Positions 42,431 through 64,000 of a stretch of 64,000 bases of DNA are shown piece after piece (positions within the stretch are counted from its first letter, which is position 1; the number at the start of each line of letters is the position of its first letter). This DNA comes from the human T2T-CHM13v2.0 reference genome, Homo sapiens. The DNA lies in assembly GCF_009914755.1 (NCBI RefSeq), contig NC_060932.1; one strand, written 5' to 3'. The notes below the pieces were generated by a model. That model was not told the DNA's origin and ran no database searches. It was given only the letters and a program-made list of their open reading frames with translations. The position numbers and the translations under genes are program-made.

Positions 42431-45160
42431 GATGCTGCCACCCTCTTCTGACCCTGCTGCTGTTGTCCCCATCCGCCTTCACCCCTCTGCTCTTCCGCAT
42501 CACCCCATCCACCTTACAGGGACCAGGGGGCCCACGTAACCAGGACCCAGAGGGTGGAGCTCTTCTTACCAGCCACCGTGGCTCAGCCAGAGAGGAGCTG
42601 AGCCCTGTGGAGCAGAACGGGAACCACCTGCAGAGGTCCCCAGACCCAAAGCAGGACGGGAGACAACTGCTTGGAGGAGCGAAGAGCCCTGGCATTTTAT
42701 CTCTGGGTTTGAGAGCCCTAGAGTCAAAGGGAAAGCCTCCCAGCCTCCAGGGCTTCTCTGTGTGTCTTGGTTGCTGCTCTGGCCAGGGAGGCAGCCCCAC
42801 TCCCAGCAAGCAGAAGTGATCCTCGAGGGTCCTGCCCCTGTTGGCCATATCTTTCCACCGACGGACTTGAGTGTTGCATTTGTTTTGTGGGCATTTCCAC
42901 ACGAAGCCTACTCACACCCTCACTGGAGAAGTCAGGGTAGAAATTGAGCCTTCAGAGCCCAACTCAAGGCTTCTACATCCTGGGGTGCAGCTGCAAAAGG
43001 CCAGACGTGGAAAGGCCTGTATCCTGCCAGTGTCCCTCCGTCCCAGGGGGCTGTGCTGGCACAGACCTGAGAATGGGGACACAGGTCATTCAGAGCTCCA
43101 GGCCTGGAAGCAGTGCCTCTTGGTGCAACAAGAAACTTCTCCCTCACCCCCTCCTTTACCCTCAGATTTGGAGATGGTAACCAAAGGAAGCAGCTGGGAC
43201 AGGTGGAGAAGGAAGTAGGAATGAGTGCACGGCGACCCCGTGCTCCTCAGGGCCCTCCCCTGCCTCTGGGTGGCACTGCTTTTTATAGGGTGGGGCAAAA
43301 TTAGCAAAAAACAAAAACCAATGACAACCAAACTGAAACCGAAACGAAAAATCAACGAACACTCTGTCCTCTATCCCTCCAAAGAATGAAAATCAGAAAA
43401 AGCCCCTGCCTAGCTCACATTTCTATAAACAGGGGCCCCCATGATGAGGAGGTGAAGATTTAGGTTGCAGAATCGACTCCAATGCCTTTCAGGAAAGGAC
43501 TCGGCACTTCTCTGACTGCGGAGGCCCTGACCCTGCCAGCTGGCTCCGAGGGCAACACAGGGGCCTGGCCTCTAGAGGGCTGGTGATTGAGGGGCCCGGG
43601 CTGGCGGCAAAGAGGGGTTTGGTCTCGGGGCTTAAATGGCACCAGACTCTTGCTTTTGCCCATCTGGAGACTGCAGGCTCCCTTCCTTACCCTCAGAGAG
43701 TGCTTATGGTGGGTGTTTTTGCGGGGCTGCAATAGGGGCCAAAAGTCAGGGAAAGGGGCACTGACCTGTAGTGAAAGGCCACAGGACACAGCCTTATTAC
43801 TGCTGGGGTGGGATAAGGGGAAGGAGAAGAGGGAGAATGGAGCAGGAGGAAAAGCAGAGTTGGTCTAGAGAGGAGGAGGGCGGGGCTGGAGGAATGTGGG
43901 GGATTGAAACTAGCTCCCAGCCCCCATGGGGCAGCAGCTGGGCCACAATTGCCCCTTTCCGTTTTCTAACCCCGACTCAGATTTCACCACCCACACTCTT
44001 TTTAGGTGTAAAAGATGGAGTCCCACGGAGGAGGGGCAGAGCCAGGAGGCAGTGGGGCTGTGGGCTCAGAGCTCAGGAGTCGCCTTACCTGAGAGAGATG
44101 TTCTAGCTGAGAGGGCCTGGCCCTGGGGTGGGCTCCAGGAAAACGCTGGTTAGGCCTGGGATTGAGCTAACCTGAAACAAAGGTAGCAGGCAGGACCTAA
44201 TGACCAGAGGTTAAATCCTCATCAAGAGAGACCAGGCGGCTGGAGGACAAGCGGCTCTAACCCTGGGGGCGGCCATGTTGTCCAGGCCCAGGCCCCTCCA
44301 GGACTGTGGCTGCCTCCCCTCCACGGCCTCCAGGGCGGCTGGCTGGAAAGCCACGCGTATGCTGCCCTCTACAGGCTGCTCGGCCTCCCTGCAGCTCAGC
44401 GCAGCCCAGGGCTCCAAGTGAGGCCCAGAAGCCCATGGGCAGGGCTGGGGGGACGAAGGGGGAACCCGGAGCACCTCCACTTCTAGGGAAGATGGACAGC
44501 GTGGGGGCACACCTGGGCCTCCCGGAAGCTGTGGACGAAAGGGAGAGCGGGTCCTCCAGGGCAAGGGGAACGGGAAATAGGTCTCCTAGGTGCCTGAAGC
44601 GCTGAGCAACCTGGGTACCCTGGTGGGGATGCAGGGAAGGCCGGGGCAGAGAAAGCGAAGGTCGACCCAGGGCTGTAGGAAGCCATAGGAGAGTGACCAC
44701 GGGATTCCCTGAGAAACAGGGCCGGCCCCCCAACTTCAGGGACCCACCGCCCATTCCCCGAGAGCTGTCGGAACCAGATGCAACCCGGCAGCCCAGAGAA
44801 CTCTCCTGGGAGGCTGTGGGTGAGCCAGGCCAACATTGGTGTCCCTGTCCCCAGAGGGAGGAGCAGGCAGGAGAGAGAGGGGAAGGAGGTATGAATCCCA
44901 GTCCCCAGGAACCTAGCTCTTTAAACTCTGGGGAGTCGGATTCAGGAAACACCCCCAGGAGGCCAAGCCTGAAAACAGAGGGGAGGGAGGAAGGAAGGAG
45001 TCCCAGCAGGAGCACAGCCCTGGTTTCCTGTCACTCAGAGCTGATTCACAGGAGGAGGGGAGGTTGGGGGGCGGGAGACAAAAACCACACCTCTTTTTAT
45101 ATAAGGTTTCATATTTAATTTGGTCATGGATTCATAAATACATAAGTATTTTGTACACAA
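42431..45160 (+). other. RHOBTB2: RHOBTB2 3'UTR (about 2.7 kb; end approximate)
   Basis: Follows the TGA; variant poly(A) hexamers at 45133-45142 with a GU/U-rich element downstream. Confidence 0.65.
45114..45119 (-). terminator. Putative TNFRSF10B poly(A) signal ATTAAA
   Basis: tttaat on +; on - followed by a GU-rich gtgtggtttttgtc about 30 nt downstream. Confidence 0.7.
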
Positions 45161-45180
45161 TGTGCTTCCTTGTTTGTATT
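45133..45180 (+). terminator. Putative RHOBTB2 poly(A) signal (CATAAA/AATACA variants) with downstream GU-rich element
   Basis: ttCATAAATACAtaag ... tgtgcttccttgtttgtatt. Confidence 0.5.
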
Positions 45181-45375
45181 ATAACACATTTCAAATAGGG
45201 ACCTTTGACAGGGCAGAAGCATGAAAGGACACCAACCACGAGTGACACACTATACTATGGCTGTCCTGTGTCACATGCTATTTGGCCTGGGGATATAGCA
45301 AAGCCTAATGTAACTAAACAACAAAACCCCCAATTATTTCATGTCGTCAGGAAGCTTACTTTAAAAGAATAGCTT

Positions 45376-45677
45376 GGCCTGGCTGGTGGCTCACGCCTGT
45401 AATCCCAGCACTTTCGGAGGCCAAGGTGGATCACCTGAGGTCAGGAGTTCGAGACCAGCCTGACCAACATGGTGAAACCCCGTCTCTACTAAAAATACAA
45501 AAATTAGCCAGGCGTGGTGGCGGGTGCCTGCAATCCCAGCTACTCCGGAGGCTGAGGCACGAGAATCGCTTGAACCCAGGAGGCGGAGGTTGCACTGAGC
45601 CAAGATCGTACCGTTGCACTCCAGCCTGGGCGAGAGAGTGAGATTCTGTCTCAAAAAAATTAAAAATAAAAGAAAAA
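45376..45677 (+). mobile_element. Alu (antisense within the DR5 3'UTR)
   Basis: Dimer with A-tail. Confidence 0.92.
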
Positions 45678-46936
45678 TCTTAAACACTGATAAGGCTGAC
45701 ACTCTAGATGCATCTTCTAGGAAGGCCTCTGTGGAAGGGACAAGGGACCTGGGACCGGACTGGCACCTTCTGAGCCCTGAGGCTGAGCGTCCTGCACAGA
45801 AGGCCCAGCAAAGGCAAAGACCAGGAGGCAGCAGCACCCTGTGCCTTCCAGAAGTGCAGGGGACAACGCGTGGGATGCCAGATGGAAGTGGGAGAGGATG
45901 GAAGTGCAAAGACCAGAAAGGTCACCCCCCACTCCTAAAACTCCACAGACACAACAGTCTGAATGTGTGATCTTCAGGCAATTCTAACTTTGTCCCACCC
46001 AAACCAGTCCCGGAACAAAACACACAATGCCTTGAGACAGAAAAGACCAAAAACTCCTGGAATGACTACCTGCATAAATGATCCTTCCATGACTGAAATA
46101 CTATGGAGAAGGGTTTGCTGGAAAGAGGCTGAAATGGTTACTGAGGTCTTAAAACAATAATAGAACAGGACACAAGAAGAAAACCTTAATGCGTCAGCCA
46201 TTCTAGGTCCTGTTGCCACAGTGTTTAAGAATTGACATTTCTGAGATGAGTCAGATGCTTACAGAGCGGCCAAGGTCCTCAAGTAGGCAATCTGTACCCT
46301 AAAAGGCAGCTCATGGGCTCAGGGTGACAGATAACCAGAAGTGAGCCGGGCCATCTACTCCTGAGATGGCAACCATTTCACACCATTCTCAAGCACCATC
46401 TACTCTTCCCCCTTGATGCCATGGCAGACGTGGGAGACAGATTTTGTCTTCTATCTCCTGAGCCCAAACAGGGCTCAAGTTCACTTGGGATATGACATAG
46501 ACCCTATTGTTATGTGTGATCTAACCCATCTGCCTCTGTCCCAGCCTGTCCATAGATGGGGGCTATGGGTGCAAATGAGACTGCCCAGGTAGGGACCAGC
46601 CACACACAGGACTTCACGTGGATCCAGTTCTCTTTGGTCCCGACTCATATGTAAACAACTACCTATAAATAATACTCATATACTTGTAAGGTTGTCCAGT
46701 TCAAAAGACTGGCCCCTGTAGAAGTTGCCAATCATTGAAGCCAAAGTACATCTGAGGGAGGGCTGGAACCCAGACAGTGACATCTTACAGGGGACTTCTT
46801 CTTCTTCCCCCATTGTATGTCTCCTCCTTTTATGTTTATCTAATCTATTCACATAACTATGTAAACAAGTACATTTACTAAAGTTTCTTCATGTTCATAA
46901 AATAATAACATACAGAATTATAAAAGTAGAAAGGTA

Positions 46937-47375
<439 letters not shown>

Positions 47376-47631
47376 TCAAAGTACGCACAAACGGAATGAT
47401 CCAGACATTTCCATAGTGTCCTTATTATCACATTCAGCTTATAAAAATAATGCCAAGTGCAGTGAAAAGTTACAGGATGTTCCATCCACTGGGTGATGTT
47501 GGATGGGAGAGTTTCTTCCAGTACCGGTCATGTGACAATTGTGGCACTTTCCTACTGACTGGAGTCCAGTTGGGCTTTTTCCAGAAAAAAGGTAAACCAG
47601 GGAAGGTCTCACTTCCTGAAGAGAATCACAC

Positions 47632-55834
<8,203 letters not shown>

Positions 55835-56029
55835 CTGGGAGGGGAGAGAAAAGCCAGTGAATGAAATGCCACAGGATTCCCAGAAGCTGGCAGTGGTGGC
55901 TGGGGGACTCCTCTTTCAGGGATGTGTGGAACCAAAAGAGGGAAATCTCCTCTACCTAGCTTGGTCAGTTCATCAATTCTGCATTTACACACCTTAAACC
56001 AGCACTGCCAAAAGAAATATAAGCCACAC

Positions 56030-57182
<1,153 letters not shown>

Positions 57183-57439
57183 ATCTTAGACCTTTAAAAT
57201 GCACAGAAGAATGTCCTAATACCTGTTCTGAATGAGCTCCTAGCCAGTGGAAGATACACCAGGAGCAGAAGTCATACAACAATGGGAAAAGCCTTCAAAA
57301 TTAAAGCTCACACCATCAGCCATGGGAAGAAAACGGGAGGAATCTCTATAGAGTCAAAGAATGATCCAAAGAAAAGGGGACTAAAGCTGCCCTGGAATGA
57401 GGATATGTTTCAAAATTGGAAAGTGTGAGTCCCGCCAAC

Positions 57440-58551
57440 TCTGCTTTTCTTTTACCAGATTGTTTTTGGTCAATAAGTCTTTTTAATTCCATACGACTTT
57501 GAATATAAGTTCTTCCATTTTTAAAATAACACCACTGAGATTTTGGTAGGGATTTCATTGAATCTGTATATTGCTTTGGGTAATTTAACACCATTTTGAT
57601 CTATGAACATGGAATATCTTCCTGTTTATTTTGCTTTTTTAAAATTTCTTACAGCAATGTTTGATAGTTTTCAGCGTAAAAGTTTTGCAGTAGCAAAGAA
57701 CAATCCAAAAAGGAAATTAAGAAAACAATTTCATTGACAATGACATAAAAATGAATAAAACATTTAGGAATGATATTTAACAAGGAGGTGCAAGACTTTT
57801 AAAAAACATTTGTCTGCACATCCAAGAAACTCAATGATCTCCAAGCAGGATAAGTTAAAAGAGAACTACACTGAGACACATTATAGTCAAATGGACAAAA
57901 GCCCAACACCAACAGAAAATCCTGAAAGTAGCAAGTGGCCCACTCAGTATGTACAAGGGAACCTCAATAAGGTTATTAGCTAATTTCTCACCAGGAACCA
58001 TAGAGCCCAGAAGGGAGTGGGTAACATATTTAAAGTGCCAAGAAACAAAAACACAAGCATACAAAATCCTGCAACCAAGAATTTGATATCCAGGAACATT
58101 ATCATTCAAGAATGAAGAAGAAATTAAGACCTTCTTAGATAAATGAAAGGTAATGGAGCACATTACTAGTAGATCTGCCCTGTGAAATGCTAAAAGGAAT
58201 CCTTTAGGAGGTAATGTAATGACATTAGATAATAGCTCAAAGGCATACGAAGAGATAAAGAACACTGGAGGCCGGGTGCGGTGGCTCACGCCTGTAATCC
58301 CAGCACTCTGGGAGGCCGAGGCGGGCGGATCACGAGGTCAGGAGATCGAGACCATCCTGGCTAACACGGTGAAACCCCATCTCTACTAAAAATACAAAAA
58401 AAAATTAGCCGGGCGAGGTGGCGGGCGCCTGTAGTCCCAGCTACTCGGGAGGCTGAGGCAGGAGAATGGCGTGAAACCCAGGGGCCGGAGCCTGCAGTGA
58501 GCCGAGATTACGCCACTGCACTCCAGCCTGGGCGACAGCGAGACTCCGTCT

Positions 58552-58587
<36 letters not shown>

Positions 58588-58620
58588 CCTGGAAAAGGTA
58601 ACTATTTAGGTAAATATAAA
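57440..58620. mobile_element. Old L1 (L1M) fragments: ORF2 piece on -, ORF2 and ORF1 pieces on +, interrupted by an AluY
   Basis: ORF2-like nucleotide motifs (tacagattcaatgaaatccctaccaaaatc on -); ORF1-like agacacattatagtcaaa...gcccagaagggagtggg on +. Confidence 0.7.
58270..58583 (+). mobile_element. Young AluY (Ye-like), CpG-rich, long pure A-tail
   Basis: gagatcgagaccatcctggctaacacgg, ggcgaggtggcg, gagcctgcag, gacagcgagac; TSD aaagaac(a/c)ctgga. Confidence 0.93.
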
Positions 58621-58634
58621 TGCTGGTACGCAGC

Positions 58635-58971
58635 TACTTAGGCTGCTATAATAAAATACCATAGACCAAGTGGCTTAAACAATAGACATTTATTTATCAT
58701 AGTTCTAGAGATGGCCACCATCTTGCTGTGCATTTGCGTAACCTCTTCCTTGCACACACCAGAAGAGGGGGGGAGAGAGAGAGCGAGCAAGCGAGAGAGA
58801 GCAAGTTGTCTGGGTCTTTTCTTAAAAAGGCACTAATCCCATCATGAGGGCCCCACCCTCATGACCTCATCTAAACCCAATTACTTCCCAAAGGCACCAT
58901 CTCCAAATACCATCTCATTGGATGGTAATGCTTCAACATATGATTTTGGGGACACAATTCAGTCTATAGCA
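58635..58971. mobile_element. MaLR LTR (MLT1A-like, internally deleted)
   Basis: ggctgctataataaaataccatagac...ggcactaatcccatcatgaggg...ttcagtctatagca. Confidence 0.7.
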
Positions 58972-59407
58972 CAGTATTATGGTACATTTGGTTTGTAAAT
59001 CCTCTTATTTACTTATATGATTTAAAGAGCAAATGCAGAAAACAATAATTACAAATTGATGTTAATGGGCACACAATGTACAAGGATGTGATCTATAACA
59101 ACAAGATGGAGGAGGAAAGACGGAGAAGTACAGGAGCACAGTGTTTGCATACCATTGAAGTTATGTTGTCATTACTCAAACTAAGCTCAAGTCCATCTCA
59201 GAAAGGGGCCAGTGGGTCCCCACACCCATCCTGTCTGATTTCCTCATTTTAGTATGTGTAATTGGAATAGACATACTCAGCAGCTGGCACAATCCCCACC
59301 TTCATTCCCTGACATGTGAAGTGAAGACTATTATGGTGGAAAAGACCAGGTGGAAGCCACCAGATTTGCATTTACTTAAAAAAAATAGTAAATCAAAAGC
59401 AATACCA

Positions 59408-59705
59408 GATGGGCATGGTGGCTCATGTCTGTAATTCCAGCACATTGGGAGGTCAGGGCAGGAGGATTACTTGAGGCCAGGGGTTTAAGACCAGCCTGGG
59501 CAACACAGTGAGACTCCATCTGTACACACACATACAAAATTATCCAGGTATGACAGTACATGCCTGTAGTCTTAGCTGCTCAAGAAGCTGAGGCAGGAGG
59601 ATTGCTTGAGCCCAGGAGTTCAAGCTGCAGTGTGCTATGATTGTGCCACTGCACTCCAGCCTGGGTGACAGAGTGATACCCTGCCTGTAAAGCACAAAAA
59701 AACAA
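59408..59705 (+). mobile_element. Alu (AluJ-like) inside ERVL
   Basis: Dimer; caaaagcaatac repeated on both sides. Confidence 0.88.
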
Positions 59706-60095
59706 AAGCAATACAACATTCCCGGAGGGATTGCAGAGATCATTACCACCATCCAGGATGCATCTGTGGTGATTCCCATCACATGCCCATTGAACTTGAC
59801 TATTTGGCCTGTGCCAAAGACAGATGGATCTTGGTGAATGACAGTGGATTATCATACGCTTAACCAGGTGGTGATTCCAGTTATAACTGTCCCAGATATG
59901 GTTTCATTGTTTGAGCAAATCGCCACATCCCTGGTACCCTGGTATGCAGGTGTTGAACTGGCAAATGCTTTGTTGGTCATACCTGTCAATAAAGACTCCC
60001 AGAAGCAGTTTGCTTTCAGTTGGCAAGGCCAGCAATATACCCTCACTATCCTGTCTCCGGGATGCATCAACTCGCAGCCCTATGTCATAATTTAG

Positions 60096-60632
<537 letters not shown>

Positions 60633-61475
60633 TGATGTGGCACATAAGATATTCCTTCTCTTCTAAGATATTCTAAGATAAAAGATAAATTGTTGTATCT
60701 GCCACCCCCACCTCCCTACAACCAAGAAAATGACACAATGCCTAGTGTGCTTATTTTGATTTTGGTGGCAACATATTCCTCATTTGGGTGTGTTTCTCTG
60801 GCCTATTTATCAAGTCACCTAAAAATGTGCTAGTTTTGAGTGGTGCTCAGAACAAGAAAAGGCTCTGCAACAGGTCCAGGCTGCCGTAGACATTTTTCTG
60901 TCACTTGGGCCATACGACCCAGCAGACCCAACGGTGCTTGAAGTATTGGTGGCAGACAGCAATGCTGTTTTGAACCTTTAGTAGCCCACTCTAGGTCAAC
61001 CACAGCACAGGCCCTTAGGTTTTGGAGCAAAGACTTGCCAGATAACTCTGCAGATAACTACTCTCCTTTTGAGAAACAGCTCTTGGCTTGTTTCTGGGCC
61101 TTAGTGCAGACTGAATGGTTAACCATAGGCCACCAAATTACTCTACGACCTGACTGCTCATCGTGAACTGAGTGTTATTTTGCCTACCAAGCCATAAGTT
61201 TGGGCACATACAGCCTAAAGTTTCCATTTCCATTTTCAAATGTAATTGGTATATATACAAAATTGGGCTTAAATAGGCCCTGAAGGCACAAGAAAGTTAC
61301 ATGAAGAAGTGGCCCAAGTGCCCATGATCCCCACTCCTGCAATATTACTTTCTTTTGCCTGGCCTGCACTTATGGCCTCATGAGGAATTCCCTATGGTCA
61401 GTTGCCAGAAGAAGGTTTACAGATGGTTCTGCACCACATACAGGTAACCCTTAGAAGTGGATGTTTGCAGCATCA

Positions 61476-61816
<341 letters not shown>

Positions 61817-63758
61817 GAGATCCTGCCACTGGGCAGAACTCTGAGCAGTACACCTGGTTGTTCATTTTGCTTGAGGGAAGAATGGCTAGACATGTAGTTA
61901 TATACTGATTCATGAGCTGTGGTCAATGATTTGGCTGGAGGGTCAGAGGCTCTGAAGGAAAACTGATAACAAGGAAGTCTGGGGAAGAGGTGTGTGGATA
62001 GACCTTTCTCAATGGGTAAAAAAACCATGAAGATATTTGTGCCCCATGTGACACAAATATCTTCACAAAAAGTGATCTTAGCAGGGAAGGATTTTAATAA
62101 TCAGGTGGATAGGATGACCTGTTCTGTGGCTACCAGTCAGCTTCTTTCCCAGCCATCCTTGTCATCACTCAATGGGCTCATGAACAAAGTGTGCATGGTG
62201 GCAGGGATGGAGGTTATGTATGGGCTTAACAATACAGACTTCCCTCACCAAGGCCAACCTGGCTACAGCTGCTACTGAGTGCCCAATCTATAGGCAGCAG
62301 AGTCCAACACTGAGTCTCTGATATAGCACCATTCAGAGGGTCAGTCTGCCAGCTACCTGGTGGCAGGTTGATTATTACACTGAACCATTTCTATCATGGA
62401 GGGGGCAGCATTTTTACTGGAAGAGAAGCTTATTTTGCACATAGACTTGCCTTCCCTGCATGCAATGCTTCTGTCAAAACTATCCTCTGTGGACTCACAG
62501 AATGCCTTATCCACAGTCATGGTATTCACACAGCATTGCTTCTGATTGAGGGACTCACTTGATGGCAAATGAAGCGCCCACTATAATGGGCCTGTGCTCA
62601 TGGAATTACTGGTCTTACCATGTTCCCCACCATCTCAAAACTGCTGGCTTGGTAAGATGGTGGGATATGGCTTTTTGAAAACTCATTTACAATGTCAGCT
62701 GGGTGGCAGTACCTTGAAGGGCTGCAACAAGGTTCTCCAGGAGACTGTCTATGCTCTGAATTATCCTCCAATACATGCGGTTGCTTCTTCCATTGCTAGG
62801 ATTCATGTGTCCAGGAATCTAGGGGTGGAAGCAGGAATGGCCCCACTCCACATTACCCTTAGTGGCCTGTTATCAAAATTTTTGCTGCTTTATGCTTTGC
62901 TAGAGCTCTGAGTTTCAGAGGGAGGAATGATTCCATGAGGAGACACAACAGTGATTCTGTGTAACTTGAAGACTGCCACTTGGCCACTTTGGGTTCCTCA
63001 TGCCTCTGAATCAACAGGCGAAAACCAGTTACACAAACCCTGCTGGCTGGATTGACTGATTCTGAACACAAAGGGGAAATTGAAGGGAAAATTGGACTGT
63101 TATTCCACAATGGACGTAAGGAAGAGGATGTCTAGAATACAGGAGATTCCTTAGGGCATCTCTTAGTATTACCATGCCCTGTGAGTAAAGTCAATGGAAA
63201 ACTACCACGACCCTATTAAAGCAGGACCACTAATAGCTCAGACCCTTCAGGAATAAAGGTTAGTTCACTCTACCAGGCACAGAGCCATGACCAGCTGAGG
63301 TGCTTAGTGAGGGCACAGGGAATACAGAATGCACAGCGAAAGAAGCTTCTTATAAATACCAGCTACAATGACATGACCAGCTATGGAAATAAGGACTGTA
63401 ATCATTATAAGTATTTCTTCCTTATTGTGTTATGTGTGTGTGTTTATGTGTAAATATATGTTAAGCGAATATCTGTGTTTTCTTCCTTCTCTTATCCCCT
63501 TGTTATGTGACACAAGATATTTTGAATTTATATCATAGTATTTAAGTATTGTTCACTTTATAGTATTTATGTTCCAGGGTATCAAGGAAAGGAGTAAACA
63601 CCACTCAAGAACTTTGCATCCTCTTCTGGAGAAAGGGTTAGTGCGTTTTCAGTTGTATACAGGATAGCTGTATTATGTTAGGTGGAAATATAATCTTATT
63701 ATTTCCATTACTTGGAGATCAAGTATGGTTTAAAAGAATTTCAAATCTTTAAAAATTC

Positions 63759-63782
63759 TGTATTAGTCAGGGCTCTCTAGAG
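63759..63782 (+). mobile_element. Start of MLT2-type LTR (3' LTR of the ERVL), interrupted by MER1B
   Basis: tgtattagtcagggctctctagag resembles the MLT2 5' terminus. Confidence 0.6.
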
Positions 63783-64000
63783 CAGGGGTCTCCAACATTT
63801 TTGCCACCAGGGACTGGTTTCCTGAAAGACAATTTTTCCACGGACTGGAGTTGGGGGCATGGGGATGGTTTCAGGATGATTCAAGCATGTTACATTTATT
63901 GTGCACTTTATTTCTATCACTATTATATGGTAACATATAATGAAATAATTATACAACTCACTATAACGTAGAATCAGTGGAAGCCCTGAGTTTATTTTCC
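63783..64000 (+). mobile_element. MER1B-like hAT-Charlie MITE (truncated by window end)
   Basis: caggggtctccaac...ccagggactggtttc..gaaagacaatttttccacggac...gtgcactttatttcta. Confidence 0.75.

Overview
Primate (almost certainly human) genomic DNA from the RHOBTB2-TNFRSF10B locus (8p21.3, recognised from the encoded proteins). The + strand carries the complete RHOBTB2 gene: nine coding exons from 29388 to 42430 sum to 2184 nt (727 aa + stop). It has a CpG-island first exon at about 24.5-25.06 kb and alternative upstream coding exons adding 22 aa (19553) or 7 aa (20841). The - strand carries TNFRSF10B (DR5/TRAIL-R2) exons 3-9, including the in-frame 87-nt retained intron that separates DR5-L from DR5-S, here with an Ala191 allele; exons 1-2 lie beyond the window. 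The two genes meet tail-to-tail at about 45.1 kb. The rest is repeat-rich: about 35 Alus, a deleted 7SL retrocopy, a solo LTR14 (HML-10), MLT1A LTRs, L1 and MER fragments, and a fossil ERVL pol region. I found no wholly new gene system. The most interesting unexplained signals are regulatory: a uORF and stop-start arrangement around the RHOBTB2 start codons, dual-use poly(A)/ARE sequence at the convergent 3' ends, a candidate antisense transcription unit starting in the RHOBTB2 3'UTR, and several unusual retrotransposition or repair scars. Repeat family names come from recalled consensus sequences, not a database search, and repeat boundaries are approximate.
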